A stretch of DNA of 64,000 nt, taken from Minisyncoccia bacterium (GTDB lineage Bacteria > Patescibacteriota > Minisyncoccia > Phycocordibacterales > UBA1006). This document shows, piece by piece, positions 20,306-30,659 of this stretch. Where the stretch lies: positions 275 to 64,274 of the forward strand of contig JBGATS010000001.1 of NCBI GenBank assembly GCA_044229075.1. The letters run 5' to 3'. The position numbers and the translations under genes were made by a program. The notes beneath the pieces are model-generated. The model did not search any database and was not told the origin of the DNA. It saw only the letters and a list, made by a program, of their open reading frames with translations. Positions within the stretch are counted from its first letter, which is position 1, and each line of letters opens with the position of its first letter.

Positions 20306-20677
20306 TTAGAGAACCTCTGGAGCAAGGGATACAATTTTTTGATACCCCTGTTCAGCGAGTTCCCGTGGAATAGGACCAAAGATACGACCTCCTTTTGGTT
20401 CTTTTGTTTTCTTGTCGAGGATAACTACTGCGTTATCATCGAATCGAATATAAGAACCGTCTTTTCGACGTAGTGCAGCACACTGGCGAACTACCACTGC
20501 GCGCAATACATCTTTTTTCTTAACTGATTTTCGTGGTTCAGCTGCTTTTACCGAGAGTACCACCACGTCACCTACGAATGCGTAGCGACGGTGTGAACCT
20601 CCGAGGATTTTAAACACGCGTGCCTTTTTTGCACCAGTGTTATCAGCGATGACCACATTTGTTCCAACTTGAATCAT
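20306..20677 (-). CDS. rplN: 50S ribosomal protein L14
   Basis: [27 protein letters not shown]. Confidence 0.99.
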   Translation of the reverse strand: MIQVGTNVVIADNTGAKKARVFKILGGSHRRYAFVGDVVVLSVKAAEPRKSVKKKDVLRAVVVRQCAALRRKDGSYIRFDDNAVVILDKKTKEPKGGRIFGPIPRELAEQGYQKIVSLAPEVL

Positions 20678-20682
20678 ATCGG

Positions 20683-20928
20683 TTAGGCGGCAGTCACCAC
20701 TTCAAAATGTTTATCTTTTGAAAGTGGTCGACATTCGCGAATAGTTACTGCATCTCCGACCTTGTAATTGTTGGTTGCATCATGGGCCTTGTATCGTTTC
20801 GAAATTTTTTGGAATTTCTGATACTTTGGATGTTTTACAAATCGTTGTACTAATACAACAATTGTTTTATCCATCTTGTCAGAAACGACAGTCCCACGAA
20901 GGGTTTTTGGGTTGTTTGTTGTTTGCAT
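20683..20928 (-). CDS. rpsQ: 30S ribosomal protein S17
   Basis: [22 protein letters not shown]. Confidence 0.98.
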   Translation of the reverse strand: MQTTNNPKTLRGTVVSDKMDKTIVVLVQRFVKHPKYQKFQKISKRYKAHDATNNYKVGDAVTIRECRPLSKDKHFEVVTAA

Positions 20929-20973
20929 AATTTAGATATGAATAAAAATCTGAGATTTTTATTCATGTATTGA

Positions 20974-21396
20974 TTACATGTCGTCTCGACTGATGGTTCG
21001 TGCGGTGATTGGCAATTTACATGCTGCTTTTCGCAACGCCTCTCGGGCAACTGCCTCTGATACGCCATCAACTTCAAAGATGATTCGACCTGGTTCTACC
21101 TCGAAACAATACGCTTTGAGATCTCCTTTTCCTTTACCCATACCTACCTCTGCAGCTTTTGCAGTGATGGGACGATCCGGGAAAATACGAATCCAATAAC
21201 GTCCTGTTTTACCGAGGGTTCGTGAAACTACCTTTCGGGCAGCTTCGATTTGATTAGAAAATACACGTGACCCAGCTAATGATCGCAGACCGAATGATCC
21301 GAATTGAAGCTTGGTTCCTCGTGTTGCCACCTTCTTGGAAAGATCTTTACGATCGGTTTGCCATTTGCGGTGTTTTACTTTTTTTGGAAATAACAT
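20974..21396 (-). CDS. rplP: 50S ribosomal protein L16
   Basis: PKKVKHRK, QIEAAR, WIRIFPD, MGKGKG, KLP. Confidence 0.98.
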   Translation of the reverse strand: MLFPKKVKHRKWQTDRKDLSKKVATRGTKLQFGSFGLRSLAGSRVFSNQIEAARKVVSRTLGKTGRYWIRIFPDRPITAKAAEVGMGKGKGDLKAYCFEVEPGRIIFEVDGVSEAVAREALRKAACKLPITARTISRDDM

Positions 21397-21423
21397 AGAT
21401 TCACAACAGAAAAATCTGCGAGA

Positions 21424-22095
21424 TTAGTTTTTTGTAGTAGCTTGGTCACGCATGTCTCCTTTATAGATCCATACCTTGATTCCAATACCACCGTAGGTCA
21501 TGCGGGCAGTGTCAGTACCAAAATCAATGTCTCCTCGCATAAACTGCAAAGGAATTCCACCGAGTTTGATTTCTTCACGCCGTGCCATATCAGCACCACC
21601 TAATCGACCTGATAATACGATTTTTGCACCTTTTACGCCGCGAGCTGCCATGATTTTTTCAATGGTTTGCTTCATAACACGACGAAATACGATTCGTTTT
21701 TCGAGTTGCTCTGCAATCATGTAAGCAACGATTTTTGCATCTGCGTCTGGGTTGCGTACCTCAACAATATCAATGGCAATTTGTTCGTTCAAGGCAATCC
21801 CTGATCGTTTTGCAAATTTGATGATGTCTTTTTTCAAGGTATCAACACCTTCACCTGATCGCCCGATCACCATTCCTGGACGAGCTGTAGTAATAACAAT
21901 TTTTGCTGTTTTTGAATTTCGTTCAAATTCAATACTTGAAATATATGCGGTGCGTAATTTTTTCTCGAGATATTCTCGGATCATGACGTCAGCACGCAAT
22001 GTTTCGCGATATTCTTTTCCAGAACGAAACCATCGAGATTTCCATCCACGGATGAGTGGTAATCGATGTGCATACGGGTGTACAATTTTTGACAT
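21424..22095 (-). CDS. rpsC: 30S ribosomal protein S3
   Basis: ARPGMVIGRSG, SGRLGGADMAR, GIKVWIY. Confidence 0.98.
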   Translation of the reverse strand: MSKIVHPYAHRLPLIRGWKSRWFRSGKEYRETLRADVMIREYLEKKLRTAYISSIEFERNSKTAKIVITTARPGMVIGRSGEGVDTLKKDIIKFAKRSGIALNEQIAIDIVEVRNPDADAKIVAYMIAEQLEKRIVFRRVMKQTIEKIMAARGVKGAKIVLSGRLGGADMARREEIKLGGIPLQFMRGDIDFGTDTARMTYGGIGIKVWIYKGDMRDQATTKN

Positions 22096-22100
22096 AGAAT

Positions 22101-22463
22101 TTATGCGAGTTTCTTGTAACGAGCTTTGTGGTTTGGTTTTCCAGCCACAAGAACAATAGTTACAATACTGGTTCGTTTATTGATACGGTGTGCTCGACCA
22201 CGTGACACAGGGCGAATTCGTTTCAAGGTTGGACCCTTGGTAACAGAAACTTCTGATACAAAGAGTTTATCAGCTGATACCTTGAAATTATGCTGTGCAT
22301 TAGCAACTGCGCTGGCTAATAATTTATGAAACATACCTGTTGCACGTTTTGTGGTAAAGGTAAGCGCGTTTTCTGCATCAGCGACAGATTTTCCTCGGAT
22401 AAGATCAGCAATGAGCCGAACTTTTCGAGGACTCTGTCGATAGTTTTTTAGATAGGCTTTCAT
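22101..22463 (-). CDS. rplV: 50S ribosomal protein L22
   Basis: SPRKVRLIADLIRGK, SAVANA, RGRA..I.KRTS. Confidence 0.98.
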   Translation of the reverse strand: MKAYLKNYRQSPRKVRLIADLIRGKSVADAENALTFTTKRATGMFHKLLASAVANAQHNFKVSADKLFVSEVSVTKGPTLKRIRPVSRGRAHRINKRTSIVTIVLVAGKPNHKARYKKLA

Positions 22464-22465
22464 AC

Positions 22466-22822
22466 TTATTTTTTCTTGGCACCTGTTTTTGAGGCAGATG
22501 AAGCACTAGCAGCTTTAGCGGCTGCGATTTCAGCCTGCTTTTTCTTCTGATCAAGTTCTTTTTGCATTTTACCTCCGTGACGGTGGAAGGTTTTGGTAGG
22601 AGAAAATTCTCCTAATCGGTGACCAACCATATCCTCGGAAACGAGTACTTCGATGTGTTTTTTACCATTGTGAACACCGAAGGTAAATCCGATCATTTCC
22701 GGAGCAATCATAGACGCACGCGCCCATGTTTTAATAACCCCTGTTTCCAGAGGTTTTTTACCTTCGATTTTTTTCATCAATTTTACATCGACATACGGAC
22801 CTTTATATACAGATCGTGACAT
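22466..22822 (-). CDS. rpsS: 30S ribosomal protein S19 with Ala/Lys-rich tail
   Basis: [29 protein letters not shown]. Confidence 0.98.
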   Translation of the reverse strand: MSRSVYKGPYVDVKLMKKIEGKKPLETGVIKTWARASMIAPEMIGFTFGVHNGKKHIEVLVSEDMVGHRLGEFSPTKTFHRHGGKMQKELDQKKKQAEIAAAKAASASSASKTGAKKK

Positions 22823-22905
22823 ATGAATGTGATTTGTGAATTAAATACTCCACCTGATTAACTACTAATCAGACGAAGGTAGCCTTGAAATAAAAAAATT
22901 CTGTA

Positions 22906-22999
22906 AAATGTTTATTTTCGTTCTCGAGTACGAACCCGCAGTTCACGAAGTGAACGTGAGGGACGCTTGCGGTTACGCAGAGAAAGAAAATAAATATTT
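22906..22999. repeat. Palindromic structured element, copy B (rpsS leader)
   Basis: ~20-bp inverted repeat closing GAGTAC..CC-GCA-hairpin-GTGAGG-..CGCTTGCG..TACGCA. Confidence 0.7.
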
Positions 23000-23173
23000 G
23001 GAAGAATCTATTGTTTTCCAACTCCTTTGAAATGATCAAAGGGCGTGAAGATGATACTAATACAGCGTGAGAGTGCCATATCTGTATCATTTCTTCGGGC
23101 CGATAATAATAATATTATCTGCCTCAAGGGGATTGAGGAGACCCTGAATATACTACTTATATAAGGGTTTTTG

Positions 23174-23779
23174 TCAAGAAATAGCCCCTACACTCCTCAT
23201 CATCTGTGTCTCATCAAGAATTTTCTTGATCAAAGAAATTACTGATTTTTTATTATGCGCTACATATTCAAAGGTTTTACTCGAACTCTGTAATACCTCG
23301 TCTGTCCAATCAGAATTCCAATAACCCAAAATCCCCAATATACGCAACTGTACTACCAGTGTCATTATTTCCACATCACTATCAGAATCTACTGAGAGAA
23401 CATATTGAAAATAGGTACAAAAAGTAGAAAAAACATCAGGAAGAGGTATTCCGCTGGGAACCAAACGCTGCACTAATCCATATGATTGCTGTATACATCT
23501 CGTTCGAAATGGGGAAATTTTGATCAATGCCTGGTACACCGACTGCCACTGACCCACGCCGGTACATCGATAGTATTGTTTTCCAGCAACACAATCAATA
23601 ATACACCATGCATATCGGAATATATGATTGCGATGCTTGTTGACTATTTTCTTTACTCCTTGGATATGTACATATACCCTCCCCAGATCTCTGGTGAAAC
23701 ATTCTGCAATCACCGATTCCTCGCCATCAGGGAAGAGGTTCATAATAATTGCATCTGTAGTAATAATAGCGTATGCCAT
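23174..23779 (-). CDS. RecO-like DNA repair protein
   Basis: N-terminal OB-like pattern GEES....FTRDLG....QGVKK; LGILGY near C-terminus. Confidence 0.7.
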   Translation of the reverse strand: MAYAIITTDAIIMNLFPDGEESVIAECFTRDLGRVYVHIQGVKKIVNKHRNHIFRYAWCIIDCVAGKQYYRCTGVGQWQSVYQALIKISPFRTRCIQQSYGLVQRLVPSGIPLPDVFSTFCTYFQYVLSVDSDSDVEIMTLVVQLRILGILGYWNSDWTDEVLQSSSKTFEYVAHNKKSVISLIKKILDETQMMRSVGAIS

Positions 23780-23943
23780 AATTCCCCAAGTCTACCATGT
23801 TCCCTGGTACAAAAAAAGCACATGGGTGCTTATTTTTTGGTGGTCTTTTTTGGTTTTTTCACCTCTTTTTTTTGGCTATTATTTCCCTTTGCCATACATG
23901 ATTATATGAATTAGACTTGTAATATATGTAGTATAACATGTTT

Positions 23944-25197
23944 TTACAAGATGCAAGCACTCTTCCCTGCCACATATCCTGTCGTCCAACATAACTGTAA
24001 TCCGTATCCACCAGATGGACGATTAATATTCAAGAGATCGCCTGTAATATACAGATTATTAATCTTTTTTGATCGCATGGTCTTTGTATCAACCTCGGAC
24101 AAATGTATCCCACCGTCGGCAACCACTGCGCGATCAAATCCCATCAGTCCTGTAATCGTCACAGAAAGTGCTTTCAGCAACCGAACAATCTGTTTTCGTT
24201 CATCCTTTGTAACGCTGTGGACTTTTTTTGTAAAATCAATTTCGGGAAATAATAGTTCAAGTACAGACCCAGTTCCTGTTGGAACAAGTTCCTTGAACAC
24301 AGTTCGCAGGTTTTTATTTTTATTCGCATCAAATAATTCAATAACATCTTTCTCAAATATTCCAATGTCTTTACTTGGAAATAAATCAATGATCGCGGTA
24401 ACTGACCCAGAATAAAACAGATCGGAAACTTTACTTGCACTGTTCAAAATCGTCGGACCTGAGAGTCCAAAATGTGTGAACATGATTCTTCCTGTTTTTG
24501 AAAACTGTTTTTTACCGTCGAGTAAAAAGGTAATCCTTGCATCTGTGATCGTGATACCTGCCAATTTGTGAACCCATTCATCAGACACAGCAAGTGGCAC
24601 AATCGACGGTGTTGGGTCCTTTACGGTGTGACCGAGTTCTTTCAAGAATAAAAATCCATCACCGGTTGATCCTGTTTCCGGATGTGATAATCCACCTGTT
24701 GCGAGAATATAAGATGTTCCAGTAATAATTCCCTTTGTTGTTTCAACGCCAGTGATTAATTTTCCATCACGAAGTAATTTCTTCACGCTTGTTTGAGTTT
24801 TCACTTCCACGCCCAACTTTTCGATTTCATCTTTTAATAAGTTCGTCACGTCAGTTGCCTTTTCAGTTTTTGGAAATGTGCGCTTCAATGCCTGCACAAC
24901 CAACGGCATTCCGCGCGATTCAAAAAAATCAAACGTATCCTGTACGGAAAACTGGGAAAACGGCGAATGCAAAAATGGCACTGCATCACCATACACAGTC
25001 AATAATTTTTTCGTATCAAATTCTGCGTTCGTGATATTACACCGTCCGCCACCAGTAATATCCAACTTTTTCCCAAGTGATTTATTTTTCTCGAGTATTA
25101 CCACGCTTTTCCCAAGTTCTGCAGCAGAAATAGCAGCCATCATCCCTGATGCGCCGCCTCCGATTATTACTATGTCGAATTGTTTTGGTTGGTTCAT
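23944..25197 (-). CDS. HI0933/BaiN-family FAD-dependent oxidoreductase
   Basis: GGGASG, LGKKL.ITGGGRCNITN, ATGG.S.P.TGSTGDG, FTHFGLSGP, GGY.LQ..W.TG. Confidence 0.95.
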   Translation of the reverse strand: MNQPKQFDIVIIGGGASGMMAAISAAELGKSVVILEKNKSLGKKLDITGGGRCNITNAEFDTKKLLTVYGDAVPFLHSPFSQFSVQDTFDFFESRGMPLVVQALKRTFPKTEKATDVTNLLKDEIEKLGVEVKTQTSVKKLLRDGKLITGVETTKGIITGTSYILATGGLSHPETGSTGDGFLFLKELGHTVKDPTPSIVPLAVSDEWVHKLAGITITDARITFLLDGKKQFSKTGRIMFTHFGLSGPTILNSASKVSDLFYSGSVTAIIDLFPSKDIGIFEKDVIELFDANKNKNLRTVFKELVPTGTGSVLELLFPEIDFTKKVHSVTKDERKQIVRLLKALSVTITGLMGFDRAVVADGGIHLSEVDTKTMRSKKINNLYITGDLLNINRPSGGYGLQLCWTTGYVAGKSACIL

Positions 25198-25258
25198 AAG
25201 TAGAGAATAGCATATTAGTTATATTTTGTGTTCAAAATAAAAAACCGCTCACGCGGTT

Positions 25259-26731
25259 TTACTTATCCAAATCCAGTGTCTCATCAATGCGAATCTGCTC
25301 CACAAATTCAGGGACGTGGGAAACCAAAATCATCGCGCCCTGATAGTTCGACAAGGCTTTTGCAATAATCGGTAGGTGGCGGAAATTGATGTGGTTCGTT
25401 GGTTCATCCAGAATCAGAAGTCCTGGGCGCTGCAATACCAATCGCGCAAACGCAACTAATCCTTTCTGCCCTTCCGATAATGCACCGATGCGTGTGCGAA
25501 CAATTTCGCCTGTGATCAAAAAACCTGATGCAACAGATCGCATGAATTCTTCATCAAGCTTTGCGCCAGTTGATGTCAGCGCCTCGGCAAGTGATTCATA
25601 AACAGTATGATCAAAGTTTAGTGTCGAGAAATCCTGTCGGTAATATCCAACACGAACACCATCATGAATCTGCACACCTTCCGTTTCACCTTTTGCAAGT
25701 GTTTCCAGTAATGTTGATTTTCCAATTCCGTTGGGACCTTTCAACTGTAAATGATTGTTTCGCTTCAGCACAATGCTTGCCTTTTTATTTACGATCTTAT
25801 GATTTTTCATGATCGTAAAATTATTGATCGTAATCACCGGGCCAATCAAGTCGTCTTGTACTGGAATCTCGAATTTACGGATTGTTTTATCTTCGCGACG
25901 TACATCAACAATTTCTTCTTCGAGTTCTTCTGCTTTTTCACGCATCTGTTTTGCAACAAGTCGCATCTGTCCACCCTTGAATGCAAACTTATTGGCCTTT
26001 TCTTTTTTGGCAAGAATCTCTTTTTGCAACAATGCATTTTTACGGTTTTCTGCTTCTACTCGTGCAGTGATTTGTTTTACTACGTCAAAATAATTTCCAA
26101 CATAGTTCTCAATCTTTTTAGAAAATACATCCAGATACAATACGCCATCCGTAAACGAATTCAAAAATTCCGCATCATGGGAAATAACCATAACTGTGTT
26201 GGGATAAGACTTAATAAAGTCTTTCAAGTGTTCGATTCCTGCATGATCCAAATTATTTGTTGGCTCGTCGAGTAGTAGAAGGTCTGGATCTTGAATCAAT
26301 GCTGAAGCAAGCAATAATCGCGCCTGCTGTCCACCTGAAAAAGATTTCATCAATCGGTCGTGAACTTTTTCGTGACCAATCAAGTGAACCACTTCCAATA
26401 CGTCATCAATCTTTGGATCGATATCATACACTGGTTTATCAAAACATTTTTGAAAAAACTCTCGAACGGTCAGATCAAGCTGATCGCGAGGAATCACCTG
26501 ACGACTAATAGCAACACGAACACCACGAACAATGTTAATCTTTCCATCCTCTGGTTGCAGCGTTCCCGTAAGTAATCCAAATAACGTAGATTTTCCAGCT
26601 CCATTTTGTCCCATGAGTGTAATTTTCAGTCCACGACGAATCGCAAAACTCACCTCTTTGAGGATTGGTTTGTTTGCGCCATATTCAAATGACACATCTT
26701 CAAATCGTGCGATAATTTCATCTTTTGCCAT
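25259..26731 (-). CDS. ABC-F family ATPase
   Basis: Two ABC domains (GQNGAGKST, GPNGIGKST), FSGGQQ, LDEPTNNL/LDEPTNHI, no TM. Confidence 0.93.
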   Translation of the reverse strand: MAKDEIIARFEDVSFEYGANKPILKEVSFAIRRGLKITLMGQNGAGKSTLFGLLTGTLQPEDGKINIVRGVRVAISRQVIPRDQLDLTVREFFQKCFDKPVYDIDPKIDDVLEVVHLIGHEKVHDRLMKSFSGGQQARLLLASALIQDPDLLLLDEPTNNLDHAGIEHLKDFIKSYPNTVMVISHDAEFLNSFTDGVLYLDVFSKKIENYVGNYFDVVKQITARVEAENRKNALLQKEILAKKEKANKFAFKGGQMRLVAKQMREKAEELEEEIVDVRREDKTIRKFEIPVQDDLIGPVITINNFTIMKNHKIVNKKASIVLKRNNHLQLKGPNGIGKSTLLETLAKGETEGVQIHDGVRVGYYRQDFSTLNFDHTVYESLAEALTSTGAKLDEEFMRSVASGFLITGEIVRTRIGALSEGQKGLVAFARLVLQRPGLLILDEPTNHINFRHLPIIAKALSNYQGAMILVSHVPEFVEQIRIDETLDLDK

Positions 26732-26781
26732 AATGTGCTGACTGTACCTTATTTTCGACAAATTGGAAAGAAAACAAAAAG

Positions 26782-26849
26782 TTTTTTATCAAGGATTTTG
26801 AGAATGTGGTGTGGGGTTTTAAAAGTAAAAAATAGAAACAAAAAAGGCG
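26782..26849 (+). repeat. Diverged copy of the 3' end of the ATL/MGMT-like gene
   Basis: Matches 30104-30171; translates FFIKDFENVVWGFKSKK* versus FFIKDFDDVVWNFKSKK*. Confidence 0.8.
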
Positions 26850-26868
26850 GCATATGCCGCCTGTTTAT

Positions 26869-27525
26869 TTAAAACTCTTTTATTGTTTTAAAATACAAAC
26901 CCAAGAAATAAAAAGTTTTTTGTATTATCTTTTTTTTCCCTGGGTACTCCTTGCCTTTAGTATATCTGCCGTAACGATTCTCATAACCAGAAGCTTCATA
27001 ATAAATTACTTTAATACTATGTATAAAATCTTCTAACCTGTCAGTGATTACATATTCAATCTTATAGTAAAATGGATCAACGTTACTAAATTTTACAGAC
27101 ATACGATTTTTATCTGCGTACATTATCCCTGCATGATCGAGGTTATCATTGCCGAAAATATCTTTATCACCCATATAATCAAGATACCCGAAGTAATCAA
27201 TCAATTTTCTAAAATCTGAATAATTTTTTTGGTTATTCTTTTTGATATCGTCGTCTTCGATAATAATTTCTTCTTTGTTCCAAAAAATTATAGACTTGGA
27301 AAGTTTATCACTTTCCTTTTTCTTTTCTCGATCTCGATCTTTTTTGTCTTGTTTTTTTGTTTTTTTGTCTTGTTCTTCTTTTTGTTTAATAATTTTTTCT
27401 TCAAAGGTTTTCTTTTCAAAAATAATTTCTTCGGTTGGTTCATTTTTGATTACCGCTATCATTAGTTTTTTATTAAAAAATAATCTTTTTTCTTTAATTT
27501 CAGATTCAGTTAAATAATTTCCCAT
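26869..27525 (-). CDS. AT-rich Lys-rich hypothetical protein
   Basis: 218-aa ORF with TTGACA-16-TATAAT promoter and its own terminator. Confidence 0.65.
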   Translation of the reverse strand: MGNYLTESEIKEKRLFFNKKLMIAVIKNEPTEEIIFEKKTFEEKIIKQKEEQDKKTKKQDKKDRDREKKKESDKLSKSIIFWNKEEIIIEDDDIKKNNQKNYSDFRKLIDYFGYLDYMGDKDIFGNDNLDHAGIMYADKNRMSVKFSNVDPFYYKIEYVITDRLEDFIHSIKVIYYEASGYENRYGRYTKGKEYPGKKKIIQKTFYFLGLYFKTIKEF

Positions 27526-27586
27526 TTTTTTAAATTTTAATGTTTGGTCCTCATTATAAACAAAAACAACCCCTTGTCAAGGTGAT

Positions 27587-28393
27587 CTAATTTAATAAAT
27601 TCGTAAACAAACTCACCACTGTCACCGGTCCAACACCGCCTGGAACAGGTGTTATAAACGAAGATTTTTCAGCACAACTTGGATCTATATCACCTGCTAG
27701 TTTTCCACTACTCTCGCTCGTTCCTGCATCAATTAATATCACACCGTCTTTTACCATGTCCGGTTTGATCATGTGTGGAACTCCAACACCTGAAATAATA
27801 ATGTCTGCATTTAATAATTTTTCAGATCGTTCGATTGAACTTGTATCTTTATCAATGATCGAAAATGAAATATTTTCACGTGACAACAACATTCCGACAG
27901 GTTCGCCTACCAATTTTCCATTTCCAACAATCAAAATATTTTTATCTGTAATTGAAATATTTATCGATTTCAAAATTTCATACACTGCACCAGCAACAGG
28001 TGGAATCATATTTGATGTTTTGTTTTGATATGATTGCTTTGCCTGATCTGAGAGAACATCAATATCTTTTTCAACGGGAACACTGTTGATTATTTTTTCT
28101 GTATTCATGCCACCTGGTAATGGTAATTGAACAACTATTCCATCAAAATTTTGTTCGGCGATTTCTTGAATATTTTTTAAAGCATTATCAGTAGAAATTT
28201 CATTTGCATAATGAAATAATTTTGTCTCTATTCCAATCCGTTCCGCAACTCGTGATTTGATACTAATGAATTGCAGACTTGCCGGATCATTTCCAAACAA
28301 TACAAAAGCAACCGATTTTCTCGGTTCCATTTCTAATTTTTGTTTCAAATCTTGTTCGAGATGTTTTGCAAGTTGTGTTCCGTTGACAATCAT
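27587..28393 (-). CDS. folD: Methylenetetrahydrofolate dehydrogenase/cyclohydrolase
   Basis: GIVVQLPLP, KDID, LVGEP, IDAG, GDID, ITPVPGGVGPVTV. Confidence 0.95.
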   Translation of the reverse strand: MIVNGTQLAKHLEQDLKQKLEMEPRKSVAFVLFGNDPASLQFISIKSRVAERIGIETKLFHYANEISTDNALKNIQEIAEQNFDGIVVQLPLPGGMNTEKIINSVPVEKDIDVLSDQAKQSYQNKTSNMIPPVAGAVYEILKSINISITDKNILIVGNGKLVGEPVGMLLSRENISFSIIDKDTSSIERSEKLLNADIIISGVGVPHMIKPDMVKDGVILIDAGTSESSGKLAGDIDPSCAEKSSFITPVPGGVGPVTVVSLFTNLLN

Positions 28394-28409
28394 AGACTGG
28401 TTTGTATTG

Positions 28410-28599
28410 TTCCCTCTCCTGATTCAGGAGAGGGTTAGGGTGAGGTCGTTGTATTCCTGCTGTCATCCTGGCGGATGCCAGGATCTTGAGATACCGGATC
28501 ACCACGTAGGCGATTGAGACAATCGAGTCCGGGATGACAATAAATACAAACGACCTCATCCGGCGTTCCGCCACCTTCTCCTAATTTAGGAGAAGGAAA
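28410..28599. repeat. Nested REP/MITE-like palindromic elements
   Basis: Outer ccctctcct..aggagaggg-ttagggtgaggtcgtt..aacgacctca..ccttctcct..aggagaagg; inner tgtcatcc..ggatgaca. Confidence 0.7.
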
Positions 28600-28603
28600 T
28601 GCA

Positions 28604-29785
28604 CTACCCCATTTCGCTTCTTAAAATCATATCAATATCTCGCGCAATTTTTATCATATCTTTTTCCTTTTTCCCGCGAGTCGTTTCTGCAGCGGTTCCA
28701 ATGCGGATTCCAGACGGATCGACAGGACTACGCTCGTCAAACGGAATCGTGTTTTTGTTTACGATGATATTATTTTTCTCGAGTATGTCGCTCGCGGTTT
28801 TACCTGAAATTCCCTTTCCATTCATCCATGTATCAACCAAAATCAAATGTGAATCCGTTCCACCTGATACCAATCGCCAACCTAGTTTCTGAAGTTCACT
28901 TGAAAGTGCCAGTGCATTTTTCACAACCTGTTGTGCGTATTTTTTAAATGCAGGCTGTGCAGCTTCATAAAGCGCAACCGCAACAGCTGCAATCTGATTC
29001 ATGTGTGGACCACCCTGGAGTCCTGGAAAGACTGCACGATCAATTTTTTCATGTATTTTGCGGTCATCGATTCTTGAAAAGATAAGCGCGCTGCGTGGGC
29101 CGCGCAATGTCTTGTGAACGGTTGTCATCACGGTGTCAGCATAATCAAACGGACTTGGATATACACCACCTGCAACCAGTCCTGCAACATGCGACATGTC
29201 GATATGCAAATGCGCATTAACTTTATCTGCAATTTTCCGAAACTGTTTCCAGTCAACAATACGTGGATATGCCGTAAAACCTGCAACGATCAAATCTGGT
29301 TTTTCTTGCAATGCAATATCTTGTAAATTCTTGTAATTCAAGACTTCTGTTTTTTTGTCCACTCCATAGGGAATTTGCTTCCACCATTTTCCGGTGACCG
29401 ATGCCTTGAATCCGTGTGTCAAATGTCCACCGTGATCCAAACTCATTCCCATAATTTTTGAACCGTATGGAAGTAGTGCAGTGTAGACAGCAAGGTTTGC
29501 TGGTGAACCAGAAAGTCCCTGAATATTCACTGCCCATTTTTTCGGATCAAGATTAAAAAGTTTTAACGCGCGTTCCTTTGTCAAATTCTCGAGTTCATCA
29601 ACAAATTCATTTCCACCGTAATAACGATGTGCAGGATAGCCTTCGGCATATTTATTGGTCAGCTCCGACCCAAGCGCTTTTAATACATCATCTGATACAT
29701 AGTTTTCAGATGCTACCAAATTAATCACCTTTTTCTGGCGTTTTTTCTCATTAATAAGAATTTTCTCGACTTTTTTATCTTTCAT
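28604..29785 (-). CDS. glyA: Serine hydroxymethyltransferase
   Basis: LVASEN, NKYAEGYP..RYYGG, GGHLTHG, TTVHKTLRGPR, GGTDSH, SGIRIGT. Confidence 0.98.
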   Translation of the reverse strand: MKDKKVEKILINEKKRQKKVINLVASENYVSDDVLKALGSELTNKYAEGYPAHRYYGGNEFVDELENLTKERALKLFNLDPKKWAVNIQGLSGSPANLAVYTALLPYGSKIMGMSLDHGGHLTHGFKASVTGKWWKQIPYGVDKKTEVLNYKNLQDIALQEKPDLIVAGFTAYPRIVDWKQFRKIADKVNAHLHIDMSHVAGLVAGGVYPSPFDYADTVMTTVHKTLRGPRSALIFSRIDDRKIHEKIDRAVFPGLQGGPHMNQIAAVAVALYEAAQPAFKKYAQQVVKNALALSSELQKLGWRLVSGGTDSHLILVDTWMNGKGISGKTASDILEKNNIIVNKNTIPFDERSPVDPSGIRIGTAAETTRGKKEKDMIKIARDIDMILRSEMG

Positions 29786-29846
29786 ACACGGAGCATAGCA
29801 GAAAATTATATTTTTAGAAAATAGTTATTTTGAGTATACTTACACT

Positions 29847-30157
29847 ATGAAAACCTTTTCCCAAAAAGTCATCGAGCTCGCACTATCAATTCCATCTGGT
29901 CGCGTAGTCACCTATGGCACGCTGGCACATCGCGCAGGTGGTGGAACCATGGCATCACAAAGTATCACTAACATCCTAGGTAAGGCATATATGGCAGGTG
30001 TAAAAGATATTCCCTGGCACCGTATCGTGTATGCAGGTGGAAAAATTTGGATTGATGATGCGCATCGCACAGAACGGATGAAATTATCGAGAAAAATGGA
30101 AAATTTTTTATCAAGGATTTTGATGATGTCGTGTGGAATTTTAAAAGTAAAAAATAG
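29847..30157 (+). pseudogene. Alkyltransferase-like (ATL, MGMT family) gene with apparent frameshift near its 3' end
   Basis: IPSGRVVTYG and PWHRI (W at the catalytic Cys position); plausible C-terminus (EKNGKFFIKDFDDVVW, stop 30157) is in another frame after ~30087. Confidence 0.65.
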
Positions 30158-30197
30158 AAACAAAAAAAGCGATCTCCTGAGGAATCGCTTTTTGAAA

Positions 30198-30659
30198 TTA
30201 ATGAAATGAAATTTGCTCATTAGTAGGGTCTTCTAATTCCCCTTCTAATAGCATAATTACATCGAGCACCTCCTGAGGTATTTCTCTACGATGACACGCA
30301 ATATAGTGAATACAGAGACTGTTTGTGACCACACGTCCAGCAGTTTTATTGCACTCTTTACTATTGAAAAAATCTCGAGGATTTTCATGCACCATTACTG
30401 ATGACTCTTCTGAATTTATTTTCAAGAGATAATCTGCATTACTACTGTGAGCCCCGCAAAAACATGTATGCCAACCCCTTGTAACAACACCCTCAGCAAA
30501 CTCTGCATTGACACCATGAGAATAATTACTACCTCCCATTGCAATAGCTTGGTTAAAAGCACCTGTAATTTTCTTGGTATACTGATCGATTATAGGACCA
30601 GTGCAAGGTTTTTGAGGTTCCATAAAAAGTAAGAAACCTAAATTATTATTTGTAGCCAT
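30198..30659 (-). CDS. Hypothetical Cys/His-motif protein
   Basis: GWHTCFCG and LCIHYIACH motifs; own TTGACA promoter. Confidence 0.65.
   Translation of the reverse strand: MATNNNLGFLLFMEPQKPCTGPIIDQYTKKITGAFNQAIAMGGSNYSHGVNAEFAEGVVTRGWHTCFCGAHSSNADYLLKINSEESSVMVHENPRDFFNSKECNKTAGRVVTNSLCIHYIACHRREIPQEVLDVIMLLEGELEDPTNEQISFH

Noticed and set aside
28257-28574. Short ORFs across the palindromic repeat
   Set aside because: GC-rich palindromes suppress stop codons; no protein-like features.
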